Shown here: positions 1 through 11,861 of the stretch, in pieces
How positions within the stretch are numbered: position 1 is the stretch's first letter
Layout: each line of letters opens with the position of its first letter
Notes under the pieces: model-generated
What the model saw: the letters and a program-made list of their open reading frames with translations, nothing else
What the model was told of the DNA's origin: nothing
Databases searched by the model: none
Translations under genes and position numbers: made by a program
NCBI GenBank assembly: GCA_041687695.1
Contig: JAWLBL010000020.1
Location: forward strand, 1-64,000
Direction of reading: 5' to 3'
DNA from: Myxococcota bacterium
GTDB lineage: Bacteria > Myxococcota_A > UBA9042 > PHBI01 > JAWLBL01
DNA length: 64,000 nt

Positions 1-98
1 CATGCCGGATGACCTCCCCGAAACGAGATCTCCGCAGCATGATCCTCGCGGATGGCTCCGTCAACATCGGATTGCTACTTCTGCCGGGGTCATCTAGG

Positions 99-1475
99 GT
101 GGCCGAGTCCGTCGACGTCGTGGTCGTGGGCGGCGGCGTCGCCGGGCTGGCCGCGGCCACGCGCCTGGTCGCCGCCGGACGCCGCGTCGCCCTGCTCGAG
201 CGCGGCAAGCGCCTGGGCGGCGTGCTCGGCAGCGTGTCGGTGGCCGGCCACAGGTTCGAGACCGGCCCCAACACGCTCCAGTCCTCGGGCGAGGCCTGGA
301 GCGCGCTCGTCCGCGAGCTGGGCCTCGACGACCAGCTCGTCACCAGCGCCCCCGAAGCCAAGCGACGCCTCGTCTGGCGCGGCGGGCAGCTGCACGATCT
401 GCCGACCAGCCCGCCGGCGCTCCTGCGCTCGAAGCTGATGAACCGCCGCGGCAAGCTGCGCCTGCTGGCCGAGCCCATGGTCCCGCGCCGCAAGGACGGC
501 GCCCCCGAGACGCTCGCCGAGTTCACGCGCCGACGCCTCGGCGCCGAGGCCCTGGCCGCCTTCGTGGACCCGTTCGTCGCGGGCATCTACGCCGGCCGCG
601 CCGACGAGATCGGCGCCGACGCCTTCCCCAGCCTCGTCGCCCTCGAGCGCGATCACGGCAGCCTCCTCCGCGGCATGGTCGCCAAGCGGCGCCAGGGCGG
701 CGCCTCCCCGGGGTCGGCCTCGCTGGTCAGCCTCCGCGGCGGCCTCGAGGCGCTGCCCAGACGCGCGGCCGAACGGCTCGGCGCCGCCGTCCACCTCAGC
801 CACGAGGTCCTCGGTGTGGCCCGCGCCGGCGACCTGTGGCGCGTCACGGCGCGCGCGCCCTCGGGCGAGATCGCCTTCGAGGCCTCCAGCGTCGTCCTGG
901 CCACCCCGGCCGCCGTCACCGCCGAGCTCTTGCGGCCCCTCGACGCCGCGGCCGCCGACACCCTGACGGCCGTCCCGCACCCCCACGTCGCGGCGGTCGG
1001 CCTGGGCTTTCGCCGCCGCGAGGTCGTCCACCCCCTCGACGCCTTCGGCCTCCTCGTCGCCCCCGACAGCCCGCTGCCCGGCGGCGAGCCCGTCCTCGGC
1101 GTGCTCTTCCCCAGCTCCCTCTTCGCGGACCGCGCCCCGCGCGGCGGCGTCACCCTCGCCGTCATGATGGGCGGCAGCCGCTACCCGGCCGCGCGCGAGG
1201 CAACCGACGCCCAGCTGGTCGACGCCGCGCGCTCGGCCCTGCGCCGCCTCCTCGGCGTGCGCGGCGACCCGACCGCCGTCGCGGTGACCCGCCACGCCCG
1301 CGCCATCCCGCAGTACCGGCCCGGCCACCTCGCGCGCATGGCGGACCTGCAGGCGCGCCTCGCCGCCCAGGGCGACCTGCGGCTCGCCGGCAACTATGTC
1401 GCGGGCGTCAGCGTCAACGACACCATCGCCTCGGGCTTCGAGGCCGCCCGCCGCGTCCTCGAAGGCCGCGCTTAG
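99..1475 (+). CDS. hemY: protoporphyrinogen/coproporphyrinogen oxidase (HemY/HemG type)
   Basis: FAD-binding VVVVGGGVAGLAAA, GG..FETGPN, PFVAGIYAG, AIPQY, AGNY.GVSVND motifs; GTG at 99 is the likely start within ORF 9..1475. Confidence 0.9.
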   Translation: MAESVDVVVVGGGVAGLAAATRLVAAGRRVALLERGKRLGGVLGSVSVAGHRFETGPNTLQSSGEAWSALVRELGLDDQLVTSAPEAKRRLVWRGGQLHDLPTSPPALLRSKLMNRRGKLRLLAEPMVPRRKDGAPETLAEFTRRRLGAEALAAFVDPFVAGIYAGRADEIGADAFPSLVALERDHGSLLRGMVAKRRQGGASPGSASLVSLRGGLEALPRRAAERLGAAVHLSHEVLGVARAGDLWRVTARAPSGEIAFEASSVVLATPAAVTAELLRPLDAAAADTLTAVPHPHVAAVGLGFRRREVVHPLDAFGLLVAPDSPLPGGEPVLGVLFPSSLFADRAPRGGVTLAVMMGGSRYPAAREATDAQLVDAARSALRRLLGVRGDPTAVAVTRHARAIPQYRPGHLARMADLQARLAAQGDLRLAGNYVAGVSVNDTIASGFEAARRVLEGRA

Positions 1476-3142
1476 GGCTGCGGCGGCGCCGCCACCCGCG
1501 GGCCCTCGGCCGCCCGGGCGCCGAGCACCTCGTCGATGACCGCCAGATGCCCGGCGATCTCGTCGGGCGTCTTGGCGTCGGCGGCCGACACGCGGACGTG
1601 GTGATGCGCATCGTGCCCCGACGCCAGCCGCAGCTTGTTGCGCCACAGCTTGCTGCGCTGCACCTTCTTCGGCAGCCGCGCCTTGAGCACCCGCTTGACG
1701 CTGACGTCCACCAGGATGCGCTCGATCGGCGCCCCGGCCTCCCGCGCGGCCTCGTCGAGCAGTTCGAACCACCGCCAGGTCGCCGCCGCGTCGATGGCGT
1801 CCAGGTTCACCGCGAAGTGGTCCGCGTTTCCGGTCGTCACGAACGACAGGTCGGCGTCGCGCCCGGCCAGGTGCGTCTGGTGCCCGGCCTCGTACACCAT
1901 CTCCCACCGCTGCCAGCGCACGCCAGCGCCCATCTGCGCCTCGGCCTCCGCCGGCGCCTCGGCGGCCTCGGGCGTCCGCTGGCGCTCGGCCACCCACCGC
2001 AGCTCGTTCGGGAAGCTGTCGGGCTTGCCGGCCTGCCACCGGCTCAGCCGCACCTCGACCAGCGTCTCCAGCTTCAGACGCTGCCGCTGCTTGGCCCGCG
2101 ACAGCGCCAGCATCTGCCGCCCCTCGTCCGGCGACACCCAGTGCTGTAGCCACAAGCGCTGGTCGCCCAGCTCGGGATCCCAGTGGAGGACCTCGCGCTC
2201 GCGCACCAGGACGCCCTCCTTCATCAGCCGCCGCGAGACCTCGTCCAGATCCTGCTCGGTCGTGGCGTCGGCGTCGGCCAAGCGCCGATAGCGCCGCGTC
2301 ACCGCGCGGACCGCCCACCCGTCCTCGCCGGGCGCGCCCTCGGACGCCTGCGCCACCAGCACGCTCTCCTCGAGGATCGGCTCATTGGGCCCGGCGAAGC
2401 GCACCAGCTCGGAGGGCCAGTCCGCCGCCGTCCGCCACTGGCGCACCGTCGGCACGCCGTACATCAGCCGCGCCCGGTTCATGAGCGCCACCGCCTCGGC
2501 GCCCCGGTGCTCGCGCACCAGCGCCCCGTGCGACAGCTGCCCGCACCCCGGCTGCGCGATGTCACCCACCGTCACCACGGCCGTCGGGAGCTCGGCGCGC
2601 AGCGCCGCGTTCGCCGTCACCAGCGCTCGCGCCAGCGCCGGATGCACCCAGCTGCGCCCGCGCACGTCGTCGCGATACGCGAACCCCGACGCCCGGCCCT
2701 CGGTGAGCGCGCGGAAGTCGACCAGCCCCTCGCACCCCACCGCGTCGAGCCGCGTCTGGTCCAGGCGCTCGGCCTGCGCGACGAGATCCCGCGTCTTCTT
2801 GATGGCGCGCCACTGCTGCTCGACCTGCCCCGACGGACGCCGCGACACCGGCGGCAGGGCCTGCGCCAGCCCGCTGACGCCGTGCTCGGCGGGCTCCGGC
2901 GGCGGAGGCTCGGGCACCGGCTCGGCCGCCGTCGCCGGCTCCGCCGCCACGCCGATGGCCGCCGTCACCGCCGGCTCCGCCGCGTCGATCCCGGCCAGCT
3001 CGGCGGCCGTGCGCTCGCGCGTGTCACCCGCGGCCCCCGGCTGGGGCGCGGCCCCGTGGCCACACCCCGCGCCGGCGAGCGCTCCCGCCACGGACGCCAC
3101 CGCCCACGCCACACCCGCCCAGCCGCGCCACGCCACGCTCAT
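1472..3142 (-). CDS. MepA-like (penicillin-insensitive murein endopeptidase family) lipoprotein with a large internal insertion
   Basis: Lipobox LAGAGC; VGDIAQPGCG ... GHQTHLAGRDADL ... GHDAHHHVR match the LAS/MepA Zn motifs; ATG at 3142. Confidence 0.65.
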   Translation of the reverse strand: MSVAWRGWAGVAWAVASVAGALAGAGCGHGAAPQPGAAGDTRERTAAELAGIDAAEPAVTAAIGVAAEPATAAEPVPEPPPPEPAEHGVSGLAQALPPVSRRPSGQVEQQWRAIKKTRDLVAQAERLDQTRLDAVGCEGLVDFRALTEGRASGFAYRDDVRGRSWVHPALARALVTANAALRAELPTAVVTVGDIAQPGCGQLSHGALVREHRGAEAVALMNRARLMYGVPTVRQWRTAADWPSELVRFAGPNEPILEESVLVAQASEGAPGEDGWAVRAVTRRYRRLADADATTEQDLDEVSRRLMKEGVLVREREVLHWDPELGDQRLWLQHWVSPDEGRQMLALSRAKQRQRLKLETLVEVRLSRWQAGKPDSFPNELRWVAERQRTPEAAEAPAEAEAQMGAGVRWQRWEMVYEAGHQTHLAGRDADLSFVTTGNADHFAVNLDAIDAAATWRWFELLDEAAREAGAPIERILVDVSVKRVLKARLPKKVQRSKLWRNKLRLASGHDAHHHVRVSAADAKTPDEIAGHLAVIDEVLGARAAEGPRVAAPPQP

Positions 3143-3180
3143 GGCAGCAGTATCGGAGGGCAGGGCGGGGCGGCGCAAAT

Positions 3181-5253
3181 TCAGGGCGCCTCCAGGTCGA
3201 AGCAGCACCGGATCCCGGCCGCGTTCGGGTGGCTGACCGGGTCGACCCAGTCGAAGTGCCGCCAGAAGGTCTGAACGGCCACCGGGTTCTGGTCGGTGTA
3301 GGACCCGCCGCGATGCACGCGCTGGACGCACTCGGGATCGTCCCAGGCGCTGCCGTCGGTCGGCGCGCCGTCGTAGCTCGACGTGAGGCAGTCCTGCACC
3401 CACTCGCTGACGTTGCCCGCCATGTCGATCGCACCGTACGGACTGTCGCCCAGCAACTTCGAGCCGGGCGGGACCGTCCACAGGGTCCCGCAGCCGTGCA
3501 TGTGCGCGTAGTCGCACGTCGCCTCGGTGTCGCCCCACGGATACGGGCGCTCGTCCGTCCCGCGGGCGGCCTTCTCCCACTCGGCCTCGGTGCACAGGCG
3601 CCCGCCCGCCCACGCGCAGTAGGCCTCGGCCTGCGCCCACGACACGCAGTTCATCGGGTGGGTCCAGCGCGACTCGACGTAGTTGCAGAACGCCTGGTTC
3701 ACGGGCGCGATGCACGGCGCGTCGGACTCGGTGTCCCACCAGCAGTTCTTGTACTCCTGGGTCGTGACCTCGCGCCGGTGGATGACGAACGCCGGGACGT
3801 CCACCTCGTGCGCCGCGACGGCCAGGCTCTGGCAGCCGCCCTCGGGCGCGCCGTCGCAGCCCATCACGAACGGCCCCGCGGGCACGTAGACCAGGTTGCC
3901 CTTCTCGCAGGTGCCCTCGAGCGTACAAGCGAAGCCCTGCTCGAGCGGGCAGTCGTAGACCAGCTCGCTGCAGCAGCTGGCGATGACGTCGTGGACGCAC
4001 TGCCCGTCCTCGCCGCAGGCGTCCGCCGTACACACGCTGCCGTCGTCGCACCCGCCGCAGCTGCCGCCGCACCCGTCGTCGCCGCACTCTTTGCCGTCGC
4101 ACGACGGGACGCACGGCTCGACGCAGACCCCCGCCTCGCAGATCCAGCCGTCGAGGCACGCCGTCCCGTCCTCGACCGCCTCGGCCTGGCACACCCCGGC
4201 CTCGCACGCGTCCGCCGTGCACGGGTTGCCGTCGTCGCACTCGCCGCAGCTGCCGCCGCACCCGTCGTCACCGCACGCGACGCCCTCGCAGCTGGGCGTG
4301 CACGGAGGCACGCACGCCCCCGCCTCGCACACGTCCCCATCGCCGCACGCCGTCCCGTCCTCGACCGCCTCGGCCTGGCACACCCCGGCCTCGCACGCGT
4401 CCGCTGTGCACGGGTTGCCGTCGTCGCACGCGCCGCAGCTGCCGCCGCACCCGTCGTCACCGCACGCGACGCCCTCGCAGCTGGGCGTGCACGGAGGCAC
4501 GCACGCCCCCGCCTCGCACACGTCGCCCTCGCCACACTCCGTCCCGTCGGCGACCGCCTCGGCCACGCAGCCCGCGTCCTGGCAGACGTCCGCGGTACAC
4601 GGGTTGCCGTCGTCGCAGCCCCCGCAGCTGCCGCCGCACCCGTCGTCGCCGCACGCCTTGTCCGCACAATCCGGCTCGCAGGCCGCCGCGCACTCGCAGC
4701 TGACGACCACCACGCCCTGAGCGTCGGGCGCGCACGTCACGCCCTCCACCTCGTCGACGCTGGCGCAATGCCCAGGCGCCACGCACGCCACCTGCGCGAC
4801 CACCCCAGCGTCCGCCGGCGCCGCATCGTCGGCGTCCAGCGCGTCCACCAGGCAGTCACCGTCCGCGTCGGCCGTGTGCGACTCCAACGCGTCGATCTTG
4901 CCGTCCGCGTCGCCGTCCAGCGGCGCCGAGACATCGGACCCCACCTCGACGCCGTCCGCCAGCCCGTCGCCGTCGGTGTCGGCGCTGGCCACGTCCAGCC
5001 CCAGCTGCGCCTCGATCGCGTTGCTCAAGCCGTCGCCGTCCGCGTCGCCGTCCGGGTCCATGCAGGTCCCCTCGTGGCAGAAGGCCGACTTGCACTTGGC
5101 GTCGCCGTCGCAGGCCGCGCCGTCCGCCGCCCCCGGCTTGCCTGGCGCCGCGATGGGCGGCTTGTCGTCCTGCTCCAGCGGCGGGCAGCCGCCGAGCCCC
5201 ACCCCAAGCGCTCCGAACACCAGAACCAGCCACGTCCTCTCGGGCCTCGTCAT
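3181..5253 (-). CDS. Cys-rich repeat lipoprotein with C-terminal FGE/sulfatase-modifying-factor (CLec-fold) domain
   Basis: Lipobox LGGC; DxDxDG repeats; CDDGNPCT repeats; EVT..Y, P..CVSW..A..YC, RLCTEAEWEKAARG, DMAGNVSEWV, RGGS, GIRCC. Confidence 0.85.
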   Translation of the reverse strand: MTRPERTWLVLVFGALGVGLGGCPPLEQDDKPPIAAPGKPGAADGAACDGDAKCKSAFCHEGTCMDPDGDADGDGLSNAIEAQLGLDVASADTDGDGLADGVEVGSDVSAPLDGDADGKIDALESHTADADGDCLVDALDADDAAPADAGVVAQVACVAPGHCASVDEVEGVTCAPDAQGVVVVSCECAAACEPDCADKACGDDGCGGSCGGCDDGNPCTADVCQDAGCVAEAVADGTECGEGDVCEAGACVPPCTPSCEGVACGDDGCGGSCGACDDGNPCTADACEAGVCQAEAVEDGTACGDGDVCEAGACVPPCTPSCEGVACGDDGCGGSCGECDDGNPCTADACEAGVCQAEAVEDGTACLDGWICEAGVCVEPCVPSCDGKECGDDGCGGSCGGCDDGSVCTADACGEDGQCVHDVIASCCSELVYDCPLEQGFACTLEGTCEKGNLVYVPAGPFVMGCDGAPEGGCQSLAVAAHEVDVPAFVIHRREVTTQEYKNCWWDTESDAPCIAPVNQAFCNYVESRWTHPMNCVSWAQAEAYCAWAGGRLCTEAEWEKAARGTDERPYPWGDTEATCDYAHMHGCGTLWTVPPGSKLLGDSPYGAIDMAGNVSEWVQDCLTSSYDGAPTDGSAWDDPECVQRVHRGGSYTDQNPVAVQTFWRHFDWVDPVSHPNAAGIRCCFDLEAP
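4010..4680. repeat. intragenic 189-bp (63-aa) tandem repeat, about 3.5 copies
   Basis: gcacgccgtcccgtcctcgaccgcctcggcctggcacacc recurs at 4156 and 4345; the copies are near-identical at DNA level. Confidence 0.85.
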
Positions 5254-5311
5254 GTGTCTCTCCTTTGGGTGCGAGTCGCGCGCCGGGACCGCCCCATCGC
5301 GGCCCCGGACC

Positions 5312-8188
5312 TCACGGCGCGTCGGCACAGCAGCGGAAGCCCAACGTCGCCCCGGCGCCCGCGGGGTCGAAGAAGCGCCGGCTCGAGGTCCGCAGCCGCA
5401 GGTCGAAGTCGTTGTAGCTGCCACCGCGGTAGGTCCGGTCGGGCTGGGGGCCCGACTGGTTGCACCCCGTCGTCCACGCCGAGCCGTCGGTCGGCGCGCC
5501 CGAGTAGCCGTCGTGGCGGCAGTCCTGGACCCATTCGGCCACGTTACCAGCCATGTTCAGCGCGCCATAGGGGCTGGCGCCGGCCGCCAGGGCGTCGACG
5601 TCCATCGGGGCGTTGGCGCACCCCTTCAGGTTCGTCAGCGCGCAGGTCGGGGCGTCGTCGCCCCAGGGGTACAGCGGCATCCCGGTCTGGCAGTCGCCCC
5701 CGAGCGTGTCGCACCCGCCGCGCGCGGCCTTCTCCCACTCGGCCTCGGAGCACAGCCGCCGGCCGATCCACCCGCAGAAGGCGGCCGCCTGCGACCAGTT
5801 GACGCAGTTCATCGGCAGGGCCTCGGTCCCCGTCTGGAACCAGCTGCACCCGCCGAAGTCGGCCACCGGCGGCGTGCACCCGCCCGCCACGACGCACTCG
5901 CCGTAGGCCTCGACCGACACCTCGTACACGTCCACGCGGTAGGCCTCGGTGTCGACCAGATGGGTCGGCGACTCGTTGGCGTCGCAGAGCCCGTCGGTCG
6001 TCGTGTTGCAGCCCATCCAGAAGCTGCTCGCCGGGACCGCCGCCGTCGGCACCTCGAAGCACAGCCCCTCGGTGCAGAACCCCTCGCCCGCCTCGCAGAC
6101 GGTCCCCGCCGCCCGCGGGCTCCAAGCCGTGGCCGACGCGTCGGGGTCGCAGGCGTAGCACTCGCCGTCCGGGCTCACCTCGCCGGCCGCGCGGCACACG
6201 CCCTCGACCAGGCAGCTGCCGGGCTCGACCGGGTGGTCGCAGCTGGAGGCGTCCGCGGCCGTGGACACACACAGGTCCTGGGTGCAGGCCACGCCGTCGT
6301 CGCAGACGCGCGCCGGCCCCGGGACACACGCGCCCGCGCTGCAGGCGTCGCCCTCGGTGCAGCCGTCGTCGTCGGCGTTGCACGGCGCCCCGTCGGACAG
6401 AGGCGTCCATGCGGTCGCCGATACGGCCGGCGCGCACGCCAGGCACGGGGCCTCGGGGGCGCTCTGGCCCTCGCCGAAGCAGACCCCGTCGATGAGGCAG
6501 GCGCCCGCGGCGATCGCGTTCGAGCACGCGAAGACGTCGGCGCCCTGCGACTCGCACGCGTCCTGGGTGCAGGCCAGCCCGTCGTCGCAGTCGGCCGCCG
6601 CGCCCGCCTGGCACACGCCCGCCAGACACGCGTCACCGACGGTGCAGCCGTCGCCGTCCGCGTCGCACCCGGTCCCGTCGCCGGCCGGCGACCAGCCTTC
6701 CACGGCCTGGGCCGGGTCACACACCAGGCACGGGTTGGACGGGTTCTTGGCCCCCGCCGCGACGCACGCCTGGTCGATGACGCACGCCGCGCCGCCCGTG
6801 TCGTGGACGCACTCGGCCTGGCCGCCTTCGTCGACGCACGCGTCCGCCGTGCAGTCCAGGCCGTCGTCGCAGTCCGCCGGCCCGCCCTTGACGCAGGTCC
6901 CGGCGCTGCACGCGTCGCCCACCGTGCACGGGTCGCCGTCGGCGTCGCACGCCGTGCCCCCAGCCAGCGGCGTCCACTCGAACACGCTCGTCGAGGCGAC
7001 GCAGCCGCGGCACGCGTTGTCGGGGTCCACGGCGCCATCGGCGAAGCACTGGCCGCCGATGAAGCAGCTGCCCCCCACCGGGACGTGGTTGCAGGTGTAG
7101 CTGTCGGGTCCGGTCGACACGCAGCTGTCGGTGGTGCAGCCGAGCCCCGTGTCGCAGTCGGCCGGGGCGCCGGCCTCGCACTGTCCCTGGGCGCAGGCGT
7201 CGTCCACCGTGCAGCCGTCCTCGTCGGCGTCGCACGGCGCGCCGTCCGCCAGCGCGCTCCACTGGGTCGCGTCCGTCTCGGGGACGCAGGCCATGCAGGC
7301 GTTGTCCGGGCTGGCCGCGCCGGCCTCGAAGCAGGTCTCGTCGATGAGGCAGGCCCCCTGGGCGACGACGCTCTCGCAGACGGGCGCGCCGTCGACGGTC
7401 ACGCACGCGTCCTCGGTGCACCCGAGCCCGTCGTCGCACACGACGGCGTCTCCAGGCTGGCACACCCCCGACGCGCACGCGTCTCCCGCCGTGCAGGCGT
7501 CGCCGTCCGCGTCACAGGCCGTCCCGTCGGCGTTGGGCGTCCACCCGTTGGGGCTCTCGGTCGCCTCGCACCGGCTGCAGGCGTCGCTCGGATGCGCGGT
7601 CCCGTCCTCGTAGCACTGCGAGTCGATGAGGCAGAAGCCCTCGAGCGTGCCGTACAGGCAGCCGCCGCCGCCGTCGCAGGTGGCCGTGCGGCACAGCAGC
7701 GGAGACTCGCAGCTGTACGTCTCGCCGACGCACTCGCCGGCTACGCAGGTGTCCAGCTTCGTGCACGGGTCGCCGTCGTCGCAGGCGCCCTCGACGGCCT
7801 TGGGCGCGTAGCACAGGCCGTCGACGCACGCGGCCTCGAGGCACGGACCCAGGCCCAGCGCCTGCCGGCAGTCGTCGTTGCTCTCGCAGGAGAGGACCTC
7901 GGCGTCGTCCCCGCCGTCCGCCGCATCGGGCACGTCGTCCGAGGGCAGGGCGTCCGGCGCCTTGCCGGCTTGATAGCAGACCTTGAAGCCGGCGTTTCCC
8001 GGCACGTGCCCGCAGACCCAGCCCGGGCCGCAGTCGTCGTCGGTGACGCAGGCGAACAGGTGGTCGTCGACGCCGACCGCCTGCTGGCACGCGGTCAGGG
8101 CGCCCACGACGCCCAGGACGGTCAGGATGAGGCTCGGCGCGCGGACCGGCGCGCGACGCGCCAGGGCCACGAGGGACCACCCGGGCAT
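5312..8188 (-). CDS. Cys-rich repeat lipoprotein with C-terminal FGE/SUMF1 domain
   Basis: Lipobox LTAC; many CDADGDxCTxxDxC and CDDGLxCTxD repeats; RLCSEAEWEKAARG, NMAGNVAEWV, RGGS, LGFRCC. Confidence 0.85.
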   Translation of the reverse strand: MPGWSLVALARRAPVRAPSLILTVLGVVGALTACQQAVGVDDHLFACVTDDDCGPGWVCGHVPGNAGFKVCYQAGKAPDALPSDDVPDAADGGDDAEVLSCESNDDCRQALGLGPCLEAACVDGLCYAPKAVEGACDDGDPCTKLDTCVAGECVGETYSCESPLLCRTATCDGGGGCLYGTLEGFCLIDSQCYEDGTAHPSDACSRCEATESPNGWTPNADGTACDADGDACTAGDACASGVCQPGDAVVCDDGLGCTEDACVTVDGAPVCESVVAQGACLIDETCFEAGAASPDNACMACVPETDATQWSALADGAPCDADEDGCTVDDACAQGQCEAGAPADCDTGLGCTTDSCVSTGPDSYTCNHVPVGGSCFIGGQCFADGAVDPDNACRGCVASTSVFEWTPLAGGTACDADGDPCTVGDACSAGTCVKGGPADCDDGLDCTADACVDEGGQAECVHDTGGAACVIDQACVAAGAKNPSNPCLVCDPAQAVEGWSPAGDGTGCDADGDGCTVGDACLAGVCQAGAAADCDDGLACTQDACESQGADVFACSNAIAAGACLIDGVCFGEGQSAPEAPCLACAPAVSATAWTPLSDGAPCNADDDGCTEGDACSAGACVPGPARVCDDGVACTQDLCVSTAADASSCDHPVEPGSCLVEGVCRAAGEVSPDGECYACDPDASATAWSPRAAGTVCEAGEGFCTEGLCFEVPTAAVPASSFWMGCNTTTDGLCDANESPTHLVDTEAYRVDVYEVSVEAYGECVVAGGCTPPVADFGGCSWFQTGTEALPMNCVNWSQAAAFCGWIGRRLCSEAEWEKAARGGCDTLGGDCQTGMPLYPWGDDAPTCALTNLKGCANAPMDVDALAAGASPYGALNMAGNVAEWVQDCRHDGYSGAPTDGSAWTTGCNQSGPQPDRTYRGGSYNDFDLRLRTSSRRFFDPAGAGATLGFRCCADAP

Positions 8189-9117
8189 CAGAACCTCCCC
8201 GAGGCCGTGAAGAGCACGTGGCCCGGGCCCACGCTGACCCCGGCGGGCGGCGGCTCTGCGGCCTCGAGCGAGGGCGCGTCGTCGCCGCTGACCAGGAGCA
8301 ACACGAGGCCGGTCACCAGGGCGCCGCCACCGACGGCGACGGCCATCGCCGCGTTGGTGTCGAGGTCGTTGGCGTCGCGCTCACGGGCGAGCGCCTGGCT
8401 TCGCGTCAGCGTCGTCACGGCCCCCGCCTCGTTCGGCGCGCCGGGCGAGCGGACCTCGTCCCGCAGCGACTCGGCGTTGGTGTGCAGGACGAGGGCGGTC
8501 ACCCCCAGCGCCGCCCCCAGGCCCACGCTGACCCAGCCGGCGATGGCCGTCCCGTCCACGCCGGGCTCGGCGCCCTTGACCACCTCGGCCGGCCCCCTCA
8601 GCTCGGCCTCCCGCCGGGCGGCCTCGTCCGCCTCGCGCTGCCGCTCGGCCAGCGCCTCGGCCAGCTCCTGACGCAGCTGCTCCTTCATCTGCTCGCGCAG
8701 CTGCGCCTCGAGCGCGGCCTTCTCCTGCTTCTCGCGCTCGGTCATCTGCTGCTTGAGCTGCTCGGTCAGGCGCTCGTCGATCTCGGCGATGTGTTCGATG
8801 GCGCGCTTTCGCAGCTCGGCCTCGACCCCCTCGGTCGCCACGAACTCCTGGAAGGCCCGCTTGGCCTCCTCGAGCTGCCCGGCCAGGTGGTGGGCGCGGG
8901 CGATGTTCCACAGCAGGGCCGGGTCCGGGTCCAGGCGGTGGGCCTCCTCGAACGCTGCGGCTGCTTTGGCGTACCGCTGCGCTTCCATGTGCGCCGCGGC
9001 CGACTTGTACCACTCCTGGGCCTGGGCCCGCTCGGCCCGCGTGGGCGCCGCCCAGGCCGCAGGCGCCGCCAGACACAGGGCGACCAGGACCACCTGCACC
9101 AACCAGACTCGCTTCAT
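8188..9117 (-). CDS. exported TPR protein with coiled coil and Gly-rich hydrophobic C-terminus
   Basis: Signal peptide; A...FEEAHRL.P.P.LLWNIARAH TPR; ends ..ASGRF; TGATG overlap with the downstream lipoprotein gene. Confidence 0.75.
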   Translation of the reverse strand: MKRVWLVQVVLVALCLAAPAAWAAPTRAERAQAQEWYKSAAAHMEAQRYAKAAAAFEEAHRLDPDPALLWNIARAHHLAGQLEEAKRAFQEFVATEGVEAELRKRAIEHIAEIDERLTEQLKQQMTEREKQEKAALEAQLREQMKEQLRQELAEALAERQREADEAARREAELRGPAEVVKGAEPGVDGTAIAGWVSVGLGAALGVTALVLHTNAESLRDEVRSPGAPNEAGAVTTLTRSQALARERDANDLDTNAAMAVAVGGGALVTGLVLLLVSGDDAPSLEAAEPPPAGVSVGPGHVLFTASGRF

Positions 9118-9244
9118 GCCTCCCCCGAGACCAGACGGGACGGCGTATCCTAACCGGGTTGGGGCCGTCGACGCTACTGGACCCGGACGCCCGAGCGCCG
9201 GCGGCCAGGCAGGGCGTAGGCAGGTCGAACCGTCAGCCGGAGGG

Positions 9245-9470
9245 CCGTAACCGCGGGCCGTGGCGGTGGGGAGTGGCTGTAACCGTGGGCCGTGGGCCGT
9301 AACCGTGGCCGTGGCCGTAACCGTGGGCCATAACCGTGGGCGTGGCCGTGGGCCGTAACCGTGGACCGTGGACCGTGGCCCTGGCCGTGGTCCGTGGCCG
9401 TGGCCGAGGCGGTGTCCGCGGCCGTGGTCGTAGCTGTGCCCGTGACCGAGGCTACCGTGACCTGTGGAGC
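9245..9470. repeat. degenerate (G/A)CCGT(G/A) hexa/heptamer minisatellite
   Basis: gccgtaaccgtgggccgtggccgtg... units in intergenic DNA. Confidence 0.8.
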
Positions 9471-9544
9471 CCTGACACCGGACTGCACGAGCTCGCTCGT
9501 GCTCGTGGGTCGCGCAGCTCGCTGCGCGCGGGGTGGGGCGCTAG

Positions 9545-9708
9545 GAGGCTGTAGCGAATAAGCTGATTAGCCGGTTCCGGCCGATCTTGGGCAGCTCCGG
9601 CCCCGGGAGACGCTGCGGCGAACCGCCCGGTTCACCTCGGTCTCCCGGAACCGGATCTGCTCCAACCTCGGCTCGGAACCGACAAATCCCATTATTCACT
9701 ACAGCCTC
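9545..9708. mobile_element. 164-bp MITE with CTAG target duplication
   Basis: TIR GAGGCTGTAGCGAATAA / TTATTCACTACAGCCTC (16/17 match); CTAG at 9541-9544 and 9709-9712. Confidence 0.8.
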
Positions 9709-9722
9709 CTAGGCTCCGCGGC

Positions 9723-11555
<1,833 letters not shown>

Positions 11556-11861
11556 GGCCGATCCTGCTCGCTGGACGTACGTCCGGGGACCAGGAGTCTA
11601 CCGCTCCCCGGCGGACAGTGTCTACTACACGCCCGGACGCCATCGGCCGACGAATGTAGCCCCCGCGCGCCTCGCCTCGAAGGTGGACGCCGAGGCGCCG
11701 CAGCTCGCACCCTGAACGGGTCGGCGGCCGTGCCCCCTCACGTCGCCGCGTCCCCGCCGTCGCGGCCGCGCGCCGGGAATCGTCCGCGTCGTCGGCCGTT
11801 GGCGATCGACAGCCGCTCGCATGGGGCCCGCTCGGCCCCCCCGCCCCCCAGGAGCCCGCGC

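Noticed and set aside
1..20. Start of a minus-strand gene at position 3 (CAT with GGAGG upstream)
   Set aside because: Only the start codon is inside the window, so it cannot be supported as a feature
1885..2545. Intein in the MepA-like gene (Cys near the start, HQ-T near the end)
   Set aside because: HQTH is the host HxSH Zn motif and no intein block B or F or homing endonuclease motifs are recognisable
3181..8188. Diversity-generating retroelement targeting the two FGE/CLec C-termini
   Set aside because: No reverse transcriptase and no template repeat differing only at adenines in this window; a remote TR cannot be excluded
4874..8671. Very long antisense or alternate-frame ORFs (also 17863-21612, 45120-48887, 45136-48942)
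   Set aside because: Shadow ORFs expected at this GC content; they overlap well-supported genes and have Arg/Ala/Gly/Pro-rich, motif-free translations
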